The position numbers and the translations under genes are program-made. A stretch of DNA of 64,000 nucleotides from Escherichia phage vB_EcoM-RPN187: sequence record OL770074.2. One strand, written 5' to 3'. Numbering within the stretch: the first letter of the stretch is position 1; every line of letters starts with the position of its first letter. Shown here piece by piece: positions 8,126 to 16,501 of this stretch. Under the pieces are notes generated by a model. The model was not told where the DNA came from and made no database searches. It was given only the letters and a program-made list of their open reading frames with translations.

Positions 8126-8407
8126 TTATTTGTACGAATTAATAATCTCTTCCATTTTATCCAGAACATGGATATCGATTATACGAGGAAGTGCCGAAAG
8201 ATTAGAACCGTCGAAAGATTTAAGGTCTTCCAAAATAATATTTTCAATGGCCTTTAAAGCTTCCGCAGATTCTGATGCAGAATTAAATTCAGGAATTTCT
8301 CCAAAAAGACGTAAGAATGAACCAAAGTATTCTGCGGCGATTTCTTTAGCTTGTTCGATATCAGACTTAAACATTTTGTTTTCCTCATTTGTTGGTGGAG
8401 TAATCAT
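8126..8407 (-). CDS. hypothetical protein
   Basis: ORF track 93 aa; ATG verified with AAGGATGG SD. Confidence 0.45.
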   Translation of the reverse strand: MITPPTNEENKMFKSDIEQAKEIAAEYFGSFLRLFGEIPEFNSASESAEALKAIENIILEDLKSFDGSNLSALPRIIDIHVLDKMEEIINSYK

Positions 8408-8431
8408 ATCACCATCCTTGGCGTTTGTACA

Positions 8432-8935
8432 TCATTTATTTTTAATTTTGCAAATTTTTTCTGCTTCAGCAATTGCAGCGTCAATGATGCTTTGTGCAAT
8501 TTTATTACTAGTTGACCTGGCAATCACACTAAGAACAATTTCTTTTTCTTCACCACCCCAACCCCAAGTCCTTTGTTCGTGGGTACCTTTAACTACAGCT
8601 GAAACTTCAACAGAACGTCCACCATCAGAAGTTTTAACATCTACAACCCAATCACCATCTTTCTCTTCTACCCTTGATTTATCCCAAGAAATACTAATAT
8701 ATGATTCGTTGTCAATAGAAGTCGCCGGGTTTTTCTCTACCGTAAGACCTTCACTTTCCAGCCATTCAATAGTATTTGCGCATAAATCGGAGGAACACCT
8801 CATCGGGAACCGGCAAGATTTTTCACCTTTAGATGCGGCGTTATACATCTTTTCTAAAATACGCTTTTGCACGTTTTTAAAAATAGTTTCAGCAGATTCT
8901 TCAGATTTTTTATTCAGTTCAGTATAAAGACTCAT
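8432..8935 (-). CDS. hypothetical protein
   Basis: ORF track 167 aa; ATG verified with AGGAAA SD; early promoter upstream. Confidence 0.5.
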   Translation of the reverse strand: MSLYTELNKKSEESAETIFKNVQKRILEKMYNAASKGEKSCRFPMRCSSDLCANTIEWLESEGLTVEKNPATSIDNESYISISWDKSRVEEKDGDWVVDVKTSDGGRSVEVSAVVKGTHEQRTWGWGGEEKEIVLSVIARSTSNKIAQSIIDAAIAEAEKICKIKNK

Positions 8936-8963
8936 AACATTTTCCTATGTTGTTGATAAGTCT

Positions 8964-8992
8964 ATAGTATCATGTCCTTAGAAGAAGTAAAC
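8964..8992 (-). promoter_or_regulatory. T4-type early promoter
   Basis: Minus strand GTTTAC (8987-8992), 17-18 nt, TACTAT (8964-8969). Confidence 0.5.
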
Positions 8993-9025
8993 ATCTTTAT
9001 GAAATATTTTTATGCCCTAGATACC

Positions 9026-9052
9026 AAAAAGCCCCAACCGTAAGGAAGGGGC
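9026..9052 (-). terminator. rho-independent terminator
   Basis: gcccc...ggggc stem (9031-9052) preceded on plus by aaaaa, i.e. followed by U-run on minus; just downstream of stop of 9059..9523. Confidence 0.6.
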
Positions 9053-9058
9053 ATTCTA

Positions 9059-9523
9059 TTATTTAATTTGTTTAGCAGACCAGATACGGTCTTTAATAAG
9101 TTTTTGGATATCTTCAACATACTCAAGGCTATGAGCGTGAGGATTATCTTTGAAGCTATGTGCTCGTGCCAGTTTCTGGCCTTCTGTTTTGATTACTAAA
9201 AGCTCTTTAAGAATTGCTTCATACTTAGAAATAATTCCTTTGGCGATATTTTTTTCTTGAGCGGCTTTAGGGTCCGCTTTTGGCGCAGGTGCTTTACCTG
9301 TAGCTTTCTGGAACAATTCACCTGATGCAGCTAGGCTTTTAAAAACTCGGCTAACAGTATTAGCATTAGTAAAACCTTCGGCTTTAAAATCTCTAATAAA
9401 ACGGAAACGTTCTTCATCAGAGGCGTCTTTGTAAGAATATTTACCTGCTCTAATTGCTGCAATCGCAGCGGCTTTTACATCTGAACTAGATTGTTCAGTC
9501 AAAAATTCAGCGTATGATTTCAT
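9059..9523 (-). CDS. internal-protein-like protein with capsid-targeting-sequence N-terminus
   Basis: ORF track 154 aa; MKSYAEFLTE|QSSSD...; Lys/Ala-rich; ATG verified 9523-9521. Confidence 0.55.
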   Translation of the reverse strand: MKSYAEFLTEQSSSDVKAAAIAAIRAGKYSYKDASDEERFRFIRDFKAEGFTNANTVSRVFKSLAASGELFQKATGKAPAPKADPKAAQEKNIAKGIISKYEAILKELLVIKTEGQKLARAHSFKDNPHAHSLEYVEDIQKLIKDRIWSAKQIK

Positions 9524-9567
9524 GTTGCTTTTCCTAAGTTAATTAACTTATCTATTTATTATTATGC

Positions 9568-9595
9568 AAAAAAGCCCCAACCTTTCGGAAGGGGC
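9568..9595 (-). terminator. rho-independent terminator closing the tRNA/stable-RNA transcription unit
   Basis: GCCCCUUCCGAAAGGUUGGGGC followed by UUUUUU on minus; near-copy of the 9026-9052 hairpin. Confidence 0.6.
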
Positions 9596-9602
9596 TATGC
9601 CT

Positions 9603-9905
9603 TGCGGCAACCTTGTCGGGGTTCCACCTGCTAAGGCAAGTGTTTGTACGAAACGCCGGGATTCGAACCCGGTTATTAAGCAGTTGACGCTACTCAATAT
9701 TTTTAAAAGGCCATATCTCGACCATATCCGAACGTTCCGTCAAAAACGCTACTCGGCTTACGGCAAAGATATTTCCTCGAATCGATAATTCTGTGCGCCG
9801 TTTCAGCTGTGATAGTAAAGAACCAGAACACAGTAAAACTGTGGGAGGAACTATACTCCAGGGAACATCAGTCCGACGACTTACCGGTAGCGACCCGGTT
9901 TCTTG
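9603..9905 (-). ncRNA. putative small stable RNA(s) downstream of tRNA-Arg, with tRNA-like T-arm
   Basis: About 300 nt with no credible ORF on the minus strand, between tRNA-Arg and a terminator. Contains a T-arm motif CCGGGUUCGAAUCCCGG (9655-9672) with possible acceptor pairing CGGAACG/CGUUUCG. T4 encodes stable RNA species at the same place (memory). Boundaries not resolved. Confidence 0.3.
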
Positions 9906-9907
9906 TT

Positions 9908-9983
9908 TGGTCGAGGCAGTAGGGGTCGAACCTACGACCTAGGACTTAGAAGGTCCTTGCTCTTCCTTCTGAGCTATGCCTCG
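9908..9983 (-). tRNA. tRNA-Arg (anticodon UCU)
   Basis: Hand-folded: acceptor CGAGGCA/UGCCUCG, D-arm GCUC..GAGC, anticodon loop CUUCUAA, T-arm GUAGG-UUCGACC-CCUAC, CCA encoded. Confidence 0.85.
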
Positions 9984-9987
9984 GATT

Positions 9988-10062
9988 TGGCGGACATGCA
10001 TGGATTCGAACCATGGACCAATTGATTAACAGTCAACTGCTCTACCACTGAGCTACACATCC
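9988..10062 (-). tRNA. tRNA-Asn (anticodon GUU)
   Basis: Hand-folded: acceptor GGAUGUG/CAUGUCC (two G-U pairs), D-arm UAGCUCAGUGGUAGAGC, anticodon loop CUGUUAA, T-loop UUCGAAU, CCA encoded. Confidence 0.75.
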
Positions 10063-10066
10063 AAAT

Positions 10067-10153
10067 TGGTTGGGAGTGATGGAGTCGAACCACCTGAGTC
10101 GCAATGACAATGGATTTACAGTCCACACCGCTACCTCTACGGGATAACTCCCC
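10067..10153 (-). tRNA. tRNA-Tyr (anticodon GUA), long variable arm
   Basis: 87 nt; anticodon stem GUGGA/UCCAU with loop CUGUAAA; T-arm GGUGG-UUCGACU-CCAUC; CCA encoded; 1:72 is a G-A mismatch so the 5' end is approximate. Confidence 0.7.
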
Positions 10154-10162
10154 AAATTAATT

Positions 10163-10237
10163 TGGTGGCCCTGGGTGGAATTGAACCACCATCTGGCGAT
10201 TATGAGTCGCTTGCTTGAACCTTCCAGCTACAGGGCC
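10163..10237 (-). tRNA. tRNA with anticodon CAU (elongator Met or lysidine-type Ile2)
   Basis: Acceptor GGCCCUG/CAGGGCC, anticodon loop CUCAUAA, T-arm GGUGG-UUCAAUU-CCACC, CCA encoded. Occupies the slot of T4 tRNA-Ile in the conserved order. Confidence 0.75.
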
Positions 10238-10238
10238 T

Positions 10239-10314
10239 TGGTGCTGATTGACGGAATCGAACCACCGACCTTCTCATTACAAGTGAGTTGCTCTACCTAC
10301 TGAACTAAATCAGC
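10239..10314 (-). tRNA. tRNA-Thr (anticodon UGU)
   Basis: Acceptor GCUGAUU/AAUCAGC perfect, anticodon loop CUUGUAA, T-loop UUCGAUU, CCA encoded. Confidence 0.8.
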
Positions 10315-10319
10315 AAAAC

Positions 10320-10409
10320 TGGCGGAGGCGATAGGATTTGAACCTATGAGTCGCCGGAGCGACTGCCGGTTTTCAAGACCGGTGCATTAAACCACTCTGC
10401 CACGCCTCC
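10320..10409 (-). tRNA. tRNA-Ser (anticodon UGA), long variable arm
   Basis: 90 nt; acceptor GGAGGCG/CGCCUCC, anticodon stem CCGGU/ACCGG with loop CUUGAAA, T-loop UUCAAAU, CCA encoded. Confidence 0.85.
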
Positions 10410-10411
10410 AG

Positions 10412-10485
10412 TCTCCATACAAGGATTTGAACCTTGGACCTCCTGATCCCAAATCAGGCGCTCTACCAAACTGAGCTACACGGAG
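10412..10485 (-). tRNA. tRNA-Pro (anticodon UGG), CCA not encoded
   Basis: Acceptor CUCCGUG/UAUGGAG, D-arm UAGCUCAGUUUGGUAGAGC, anticodon loop UUUGGGA, T-arm CAAGG-UUCAAAU-CCUUG. Confidence 0.8.
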
Positions 10486-10495
10486 TAAATTAAAT

Positions 10496-10569
<74 letters not shown>

Positions 10570-10574
10570 AAATT

Positions 10575-10661
10575 TGGTGCGAGAAGTGGGACTCGAACCC
10601 ACAAGGAAATCATTCCGCAGCATTTTAAGTGCTGTGCCTTTACCAATTTGACCATTCTCGC
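10575..10661 (-). tRNA. tRNA-Leu (anticodon UAA), long variable arm
   Basis: 87 nt; acceptor GCGAGAA/UUCUCGC, anticodon stem CAGCA/UGCUG with loop CUUAAAA, T-arm GUGGG-UUCGAGU-CCCAC, CCA encoded. Confidence 0.85.
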
Positions 10662-10662
10662 G

Positions 10663-10735
10663 CTGGGAATAAAGGACTCGAACCTTTGCATCCTGGAATC
10701 AAAATCCAGTGCCTTACCAACTTGGCTAATTCCCA
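10663..10735 (-). tRNA. tRNA-Gln (anticodon UUG), CCA not encoded
   Basis: Acceptor UGGGAAU/AUUCCCA, anticodon stem CUGGA/UCCAG with loop UUUUGAU, T-arm AAAGG-UUCGAGU-CCUUU. Confidence 0.8.
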
Positions 10736-10832
10736 ATTATTAACAAAGGCTCTCAAGCAAGAACCCTTGATGATAGAGGGTATTAATCAGTGCGATATGA
10801 GTTAATAATAACAAATAATTCTTAAAGCATAT

Positions 10833-11120
10833 TTACCATTTATGATAATACATATTTACGATGCATTCAAGACCCAAAGGATTCTTGAAAATATCATATT
10901 CAAGAGGACCTTTTTCCGTTTCAATAAAGAAATCAAAGTTAACTGTGTTAAATTTACGGTCTTCCTTTACTAATTTAACTTGAGAAGATGAACGGTCAAT
11001 GTAAACCTTTTCAACTTCAAAACATGTTAAAATGCCATAATCATCAATCAAGGCTTTAGCCGCATCTTGATCATATTTATATCCATTTTCAATGGATGAT
11101 ACTTTCGCATAAAGAATCAT
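10833..11120 (-). CDS. hypothetical protein
   Basis: ORF track 10833..11126 starts at TTG; ATG at 11120 with GAAGGT SD. Confidence 0.4.
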   Translation of the reverse strand: MILYAKVSSIENGYKYDQDAAKALIDDYGILTCFEVEKVYIDRSSSQVKLVKEDRKFNTVNFDFFIETEKGPLEYDIFKNPLGLECIVNMYYHKW

Positions 11121-11122
11121 TA

Positions 11123-11503
11123 TCAACCTTCATCAACAATAGTATGCGTATTGGCATTTACAATTTGCCACCAATCAAAGAGATTAGAACCATACATCAG
11201 TTTGTTTTCATTTTCTTTGATAATATCACGGAGTTCATCTTCAGTGGCGGCTTTCGCGATTAAATCAGCATATCCACCACGAGGATAATAATTATCACCT
11301 GCAAAAAGTAAAAAGTTTGGTTTAATGTTATTGAACTCTTCAAGAGTAATAACTTTTCCTGACGGTTGAACAATCTCTACATATTTATATCCCAATTTTT
11401 GAGCAGCATCTACTGCTTCAAGCAAAGTATCATGAGCCCATCCAATTTGACAACCTGGCTTTTCAGATGGATTAGCCTGATAATCCGCATACACTTTGTA
11501 CAT
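11123..11503 (-). CDS. hypothetical protein
   Basis: ORF track 11123..11542 starts at TTG; ATG at 11503 with AAAGGTGA SD gives 126 aa (MYKVYADYQ...). Confidence 0.4.
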   Translation of the reverse strand: MYKVYADYQANPSEKPGCQIGWAHDTLLEAVDAAQKLGYKYVEIVQPSGKVITLEEFNNIKPNFLLFAGDNYYPRGGYADLIAKAATEDELRDIIKENENKLMYGSNLFDWWQIVNANTHTIVDEG

Positions 11504-11504
11504 T

Positions 11505-11690
11505 CTATTCACCTTTAGAAATTTTATCCATAACGATAGCAATTAAACCAATTAAAAATGCTACTACAAGTGAAAACACATTTTCTGCTGTAGTTAATAA
11601 TCCGCATATAAATCCAACAAACATTGAAAAACTAAAAGCGGAAGCAGAAATTGCAATAGCAACATTTCGAATTAATTCACAACGTTTCAT
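11505..11690 (-). CDS. hypothetical small membrane protein
   Basis: ORF track 61 aa, largely hydrophobic; ATG verified; early promoter upstream. Confidence 0.35.
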   Translation of the reverse strand: MKRCELIRNVAIAISASAFSFSMFVGFICGLLTTAENVFSLVVAFLIGLIAIVMDKISKGE

Positions 11691-11718
11691 TTTATTCTCC
11701 TCTGTAGTTGATAGGGTA

Positions 11719-11748
11719 ATAGTATCACTACCCCATCTAAAAGTAAAC
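11719..11748 (-). promoter_or_regulatory. T4-type early promoter
   Basis: Minus strand GTTTAC (11743-11748), 18 nt, TACTAT (11719-11724). Confidence 0.5.
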
Positions 11749-12021
11749 TCATTTTAAATAAATTGCGTATTTTTTATAGCCACCAGGCTCGTGTCGAAGA
11801 CCCTTATCATTAGCAAAACGCTCAATGTTGTTAATTTGATTCTGGTCAAGTTCAGAGATGTCAAACACGAAATAGTTACGTTTGTTACCAACTGTTACAT
11901 AGTCAGTTAAATCAATACCATATAGGTAATTGATGTCAGCAATCATAGTCTTGACAGCTTTGCTAATTTTTACTTTTTCGTTAAAAGTAGCTTCATTGAT
12001 AAATTCTTTAAATGTTTTCAT
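11749..12021 (-). CDS. internal-protein-like small protein with capsid-targeting-sequence N-terminus
   Basis: ORF track 90 aa; MKTFKEFINE|ATFNE...; ATG verified 12021-12019. Confidence 0.55.
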   Translation of the reverse strand: MKTFKEFINEATFNEKVKISKAVKTMIADINYLYGIDLTDYVTVGNKRNYFVFDISELDQNQINNIERFANDKGLRHEPGGYKKYAIYLK

Positions 12022-12052
12022 TTTATTTTCTTAATTAATTTTGATAGGACCT

Positions 12053-12082
12053 ACTATAACATAGTCCTATCAACATGTAAAC
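12053..12082 (-). promoter_or_regulatory. T4-type early promoter beside a stem-loop
   Basis: Minus strand GTTTAC (12077-12082), 18 nt, TATAGT (12053-12058); inverted repeat taggac...gtcctat at 12044-12070. Confidence 0.55.
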
Positions 12083-12084
12083 TA

Positions 12085-12348
12085 TTAAATACCTGCTTCG
12101 CGCTTAACATAAGCAACATAAGCTTCGATAGCTTTCTTGCTGGTAATTTTTACCTGACCGCGTCCGTTGCCTTCTTTAGAGTTTTTCTTAACAACTACAT
12201 TACCATCTTTAACACCCCATACATGGACATAAGTACCGATGTTTCGGTCGTAGAACATTGCATGGTCGTTGTTGTAAGAGAATGATTCGTAGTTCTCTGT
12301 CAGAGTAGAAGATTGAGATTCAGCGATAAATTCTTTATACGTTTTCAT
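12085..12348 (-). CDS. internal-protein-like small protein (ipI position) with capsid-targeting-sequence N-terminus
   Basis: ORF track 87 aa; MKTYKEFIAE|SQSS...; ATG verified 12348-12346; lies between tRNA cluster and 57B as ipI does in T4. Confidence 0.55.
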   Translation of the reverse strand: MKTYKEFIAESQSSTLTENYESFSYNNDHAMFYDRNIGTYVHVWGVKDGNVVVKKNSKEGNGRGQVKITSKKAIEAYVAYVKREAGI

Positions 12349-12382
12349 TTTATTTCCTTGAGGTCGTTTATTTGATAGGATG

Positions 12383-12412
12383 ATAGTAACACACCATCAT
12401 CCTTATGTAAAC
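12383..12412 (-). promoter_or_regulatory. T4-type early promoter embedded in a stem-loop
   Basis: Minus strand GTTTAC (12407-12412), 18 nt, TACTAT (12383-12388); inverted repeat aggatgat/atcatcct around the -10. Confidence 0.55.
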
Positions 12413-12425
12413 TGTTTTGTGAAAA

Positions 12426-13111
<686 letters not shown>

Positions 13112-13115
13112 TTTA

Positions 13116-13850
13116 TTACCTTAAGATTGTTTCAATTTTAGAATAAAGCTCTTCTAAAGAGCCGTCGTTTGTAATAACTAAATCGCCTTCTTCAATAGGC
13201 AACCCAGCTTCTGTAATATGTTTATCAGTGGATTCCGTACCAGAGCGAACCACATGAATAACTGTAGCACCCATCGCTCTAGCGGTTTCCATTTCATGGA
13301 CTTGACGTGTATCGGTTACAACATAGTAATCGAAATCACTTCCAATATAATCCATATAGTTTAATGCAAAAAGTTTAACCCAATACATACGGTCAAATAA
13401 ATTAACGACAATATCCGTACCGAGGGCTTGCATAAGACGGCGGATTGACCATGTGTCGTTGATATTATTTATAGCTTCACGCAGGGCTTCATACGGTTTA
13501 ACATCTAGATATGAATACCCACCTTCTAATGATGATAATACTTTAACATTATTAATTGGTAAATATTGACTTTGTAAATAAATTAGCGTTTCTTCCATTA
13601 ATTCAATAACATCCAACTTATTGATATTTAATGGTGTTTCACGGTCGTATCCAACACCTTCAAAGTATTCATATTTCAACTCAGTGAATACATCAGGGTT
13701 TTCGGCATGTTTACGTCCCCAGGCTATTGCTAGAGCGTCTTTAATCGGATATGCCAATTGGTATTTTACGGATTTAAAGTTTGAATTGATGTAATCAGCA
13801 GTAGTGTCTTTACCACTACGTTTGATGCCGCTTAAAAAGATTAGCTCCAT
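13116..13850 (-). CDS. 1: deoxynucleoside monophosphate kinase
   Basis: 244 aa; P-loop GIKRSGKDT; ...RMYWVKLFALNY...HVVR...GLPI..GDLVITNDGSLEEL near-identical to T4 gp1 (memory). Confidence 0.9.
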   Translation of the reverse strand: MELIFLSGIKRSGKDTTADYINSNFKSVKYQLAYPIKDALAIAWGRKHAENPDVFTELKYEYFEGVGYDRETPLNINKLDVIELMEETLIYLQSQYLPINNVKVLSSLEGGYSYLDVKPYEALREAINNINDTWSIRRLMQALGTDIVVNLFDRMYWVKLFALNYMDYIGSDFDYYVVTDTRQVHEMETARAMGATVIHVVRSGTESTDKHITEAGLPIEEGDLVITNDGSLEELYSKIETILR

Positions 13851-13903
13851 AGGTTTTCCTCATATAATTTATGAGTGATTATAACATACGGAGCTAGAAG
13901 CGA

Positions 13904-14488
13904 TTAACGCAAGGAAGGGTGTCTAGAAATGGATTTAGATTCGACTGCTTGACGTGGTTGTTGAGATACAATGACTTCGCCATCCTTTTCTATCGTCATA
14001 TACGCGTAGTGAATAGTTGCTACGCACGTAACGGCAGGGTCAGAGTCTTCAGTGTAACTAAATTCAATTTCACTCAAATCAGAAATCCATGGTTTATAGA
14101 AATTTGCTGTCAAAACTACTTCGGTCTTATTGTTGTTTAAAATGTGCAAAGTAACAAACTCAGGACCATCGGAGTGGGCCGTATTATGTCCGGTTATATA
14201 GTTATTAGTGCTGAGCATCCATTTATACATGTTCATCCAGGACGTCATGTCTTCATCAACTATAAATCGTACAACAAAAGGGTCGTATTCAAATGTGGTG
14301 CCTGCACGCATTGCACGTCCTAACCCCATTGTGCCTGTCACAGTTTCAACAACAGGAATTCTCACACCGGGCAATGGAGCCGTTTGGGCATTGAGCACAA
14401 AACCTGAAGTTCGTGTACTATCTGGGATATCAACAACAAAGTTTGTTATATTTGTTTGGTTAAAAATCTGTCTCGCTGGACGAGTCAT
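13904..14488 (-). CDS. 3: tail completion and sheath stabiliser protein gp3
   Basis: Position between genes 1 and 2; ATG at 14488 with GAGGTG SD (ORF track starts at upstream GTG); NAQTAPLPGVRIPV...GTTFEYDPFVVRFIVDE. Confidence 0.8.
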   Translation of the reverse strand: MTRPARQIFNQTNITNFVVDIPDSTRTSGFVLNAQTAPLPGVRIPVVETVTGTMGLGRAMRAGTTFEYDPFVVRFIVDEDMTSWMNMYKWMLSTNNYITGHNTAHSDGPEFVTLHILNNNKTEVVLTANFYKPWISDLSEIEFSYTEDSDPAVTCVATIHYAYMTIEKDGEVIVSQQPRQAVESKSISRHPSLR

Positions 14489-14590
14489 AAGCACCTCAAA
14501 AACGCTTTAATAAAAATGCAGTATAATGGTTTTAGGTCTCTTCCATTAATCCGGTTCAACAGAATATCAGAAGAACGGAAGAGAATAGAA

Positions 14591-15412
14591 TTAAGATTTC
14601 CAAACAGTATTCGCAGAGAAACGTTTTCCTTTTGACATAAACTGCTGAGTAGGTAACATGATTATGTTAGCCCAGTCTTTAGGAGCTATTTCTGTTATTG
14701 TTCCTCTAATGTGGCCTGGCAGGTATGCTTTAATCATTTTGTCAGCACCTTGAAATCCTTTCACCTTGCTCCAGTCTATCTTCAACTTTGTGTTATTAGT
14801 AATAGTAGTTGTGCTAGCATATTGCTTCAGCAATTCTTCAAGAAACTGTTGTCGTGCTTTAGGTGGGATATAGTGCAAGTTTAACCCATACATCAAATTA
14901 TGTTTACCTAATCCTAAATAAATAATCAAAGGATATCGGTCCCAATACGGCAGAGTATCTTTATGTTTAGCATCATACACGTAAGTATAAATTTTGCCTG
15001 GCGTAGGCTTGACTACTTTATGACCTTTTACACTTTTCTTAATTGTTTCAATAAACCACTTAGATGATTTGTTGTTTACTGCTGCGCCTTCATTTCTAAT
15101 CTTTTCTCGTATTGAACTGCGAAACGAGTTTATCATCAGAAGTTGACGTTCTTGCTTATTGAGTTTATTTTTAGGTTTAGATTCAAGCGTTTCAATTTTC
15201 TGTGCAGTCTTAATAGATGATGCATATCTAGACATTGCAGATGTAAACGACGAGTATTTTATTCCTTTTGATTCTGCAAATGCTTTTGCAGTGATTCCTT
15301 TCTCTTTAGCTTTCTTGTATTCTAATCCTATCTCAATCCATTTTCTTTCATTCATAGACTGAGCAATCTTAGGGGCTTGTACGCCTTCAGATATAATTTG
15401 GAATATGCTCAT
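14591..15412 (-). CDS. 2: DNA end-protector protein gp2
   Basis: 273 aa (T4 gp2 about 274); synteny 1-3-2-4; ATG verified. Confidence 0.85.
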   Translation of the reverse strand: MSIFQIISEGVQAPKIAQSMNERKWIEIGLEYKKAKEKGITAKAFAESKGIKYSSFTSAMSRYASSIKTAQKIETLESKPKNKLNKQERQLLMINSFRSSIREKIRNEGAAVNNKSSKWFIETIKKSVKGHKVVKPTPGKIYTYVYDAKHKDTLPYWDRYPLIIYLGLGKHNLMYGLNLHYIPPKARQQFLEELLKQYASTTTITNNTKLKIDWSKVKGFQGADKMIKAYLPGHIRGTITEIAPKDWANIIMLPTQQFMSKGKRFSANTVWKS

Positions 15413-15414
15413 AA

Positions 15415-15864
15415 TTACCCCTTGTATCCGAGTTTTCTAAGACCATCTTCGGTTAGAACTCGAAATTTTATATTTCTCTTTTCAGCAACAGCTGAGGCAG
15501 CTTTCCATTTGTCACAGTTCACAGACCAGGTATATATTTCATTCATATAACGTTTCTTTGCTGCAGTCGTAAGATTTACAGGCTTAATAGGCGGTTGAGT
15601 TTCTTTCTTTGGTTTTATTTCTACAAAGAACTCTTGACCTGATGCATCTTTCATCCATATGTCCATATAGTATCGACGTTTCTTACCTTCAGCATTACAA
15701 AAATATGGAATTACTGCCGTTTCACTACCCCATGCAATAATTTCTGGATTTTTATCCAACCATTCGAAAAAGAATTTTTCCCAGTTTGAACGATACGTTA
15801 TTTTGGTATGGTCTCCACGGTATTTTTTTAAATTTTTTGGGACCCATTTACCAGAGTAGGCCAT
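15415..15864 (-). CDS. 4: head completion protein gp4
   Basis: From ATG at 15864 (GGAGGA SD): [18 protein letters not shown]..., 149 aa, matching T4 gp4 N-terminus; ORF track extends upstream. Confidence 0.85.
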   Translation of the reverse strand: MAYSGKWVPKNLKKYRGDHTKITYRSNWEKFFFEWLDKNPEIIAWGSETAVIPYFCNAEGKKRRYYMDIWMKDASGQEFFVEIKPKKETQPPIKPVNLTTAAKKRYMNEIYTWSVNCDKWKAASAVAEKRNIKFRVLTEDGLRKLGYKG

Positions 15865-15875
15865 GTTGTCCTCCT

Positions 15876-15898
15876 TATAAATAGTATTATTATTTATA
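15876..15898. promoter_or_regulatory. divergent late promoters (TATAAATA on both strands) for genes 53 and 4
   Basis: Plus TATAAATA at 15876-15883 upstream of gene 53; plus tatttata at 15891-15898 is TATAAATA on minus upstream of gene 4. Confidence 0.55.
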
Positions 15899-15925
15899 CC
15901 AATTTCATATTGGAAGGAGACTATC

Positions 15926-16501
15926 TTGTTATTTACATTCTTCGACCCAATAGGATATAGTGCTAAAACAGTTAATAAGAACGCACCTACTATTCCTATG
16001 ACAGACATATTTCGTAACTATAAAGAGTACTTTAAACGTGTTGCTGCCAATTATAGATTACGTTCTTATTATATTAAAGGCTCTCCACGTCCTGAAGAAC
16101 TAGCAAACATAATTTATGGCAACCCTCAATTATACTGGGTCCTTTTGATGTGTAATGACAACTATGATCCATATTATGGTTGGATTACATCTCAGGAAGC
16201 CGCGTATCAAGCTTCTATTCAGAAATATGCTAATGCTGGCGGCGACCAAGTTCTTTATCATATTAATGAAAATCGTGAGAAATTTTACAATTTGGTTTCA
16301 TATCCGGATGAGCCTTTAGTGTGGTATGATAAAGGTGATGAAGCTCGTAAGTATCCGCAATATAAAGGACCTTTAGCTGCAGTAGATACTTATGAAGCGG
16401 CAGTATTAGATAATGAAAAACTTCGTAAAATAAAAATTGTTGCAAAAGAAGATATAAACTCGTTTATCACAGATTTGATTCGTGAGATGGAGATTGCATA
16501 A
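15926..16501 (+). CDS. 53: baseplate wedge protein gp53
   Basis: 191 aa; MLFTFFDPIGYSAKTVNKNAPTIPMTDIFRNYKEYFKR... matches T4 gp53; apparent TTG start. Confidence 0.9.
   Translation: MLFTFFDPIGYSAKTVNKNAPTIPMTDIFRNYKEYFKRVAANYRLRSYYIKGSPRPEELANIIYGNPQLYWVLLMCNDNYDPYYGWITSQEAAYQASIQKYANAGGDQVLYHINENREKFYNLVSYPDEPLVWYDKGDEARKYPQYKGPLAAVDTYEAAVLDNEKLRKIKIVAKEDINSFITDLIREMEIA

Noticed and set aside
7938-8927. 329-aa plus-strand ORF (and neighbours 7410..7928, 7795..8091)
   Set aside because: Antisense to well-supported minus-strand genes with their own SDs and promoter; low-complexity Ser/Leu-rich translation and no RBS. Treated as a chance frame in AT-rich DNA.
9564-9788. 74-aa plus-strand ORF
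   Set aside because: Overlaps the minus-strand terminator and the tRNA-like stable-RNA region; no SD; this region is transcribed on the other strand.
13919-14510. Plus-strand ORFs antisense to gene 3
   Set aside because: Gene 3 on the minus strand is supported by synteny and T4 similarity; the plus frames have no RBS.
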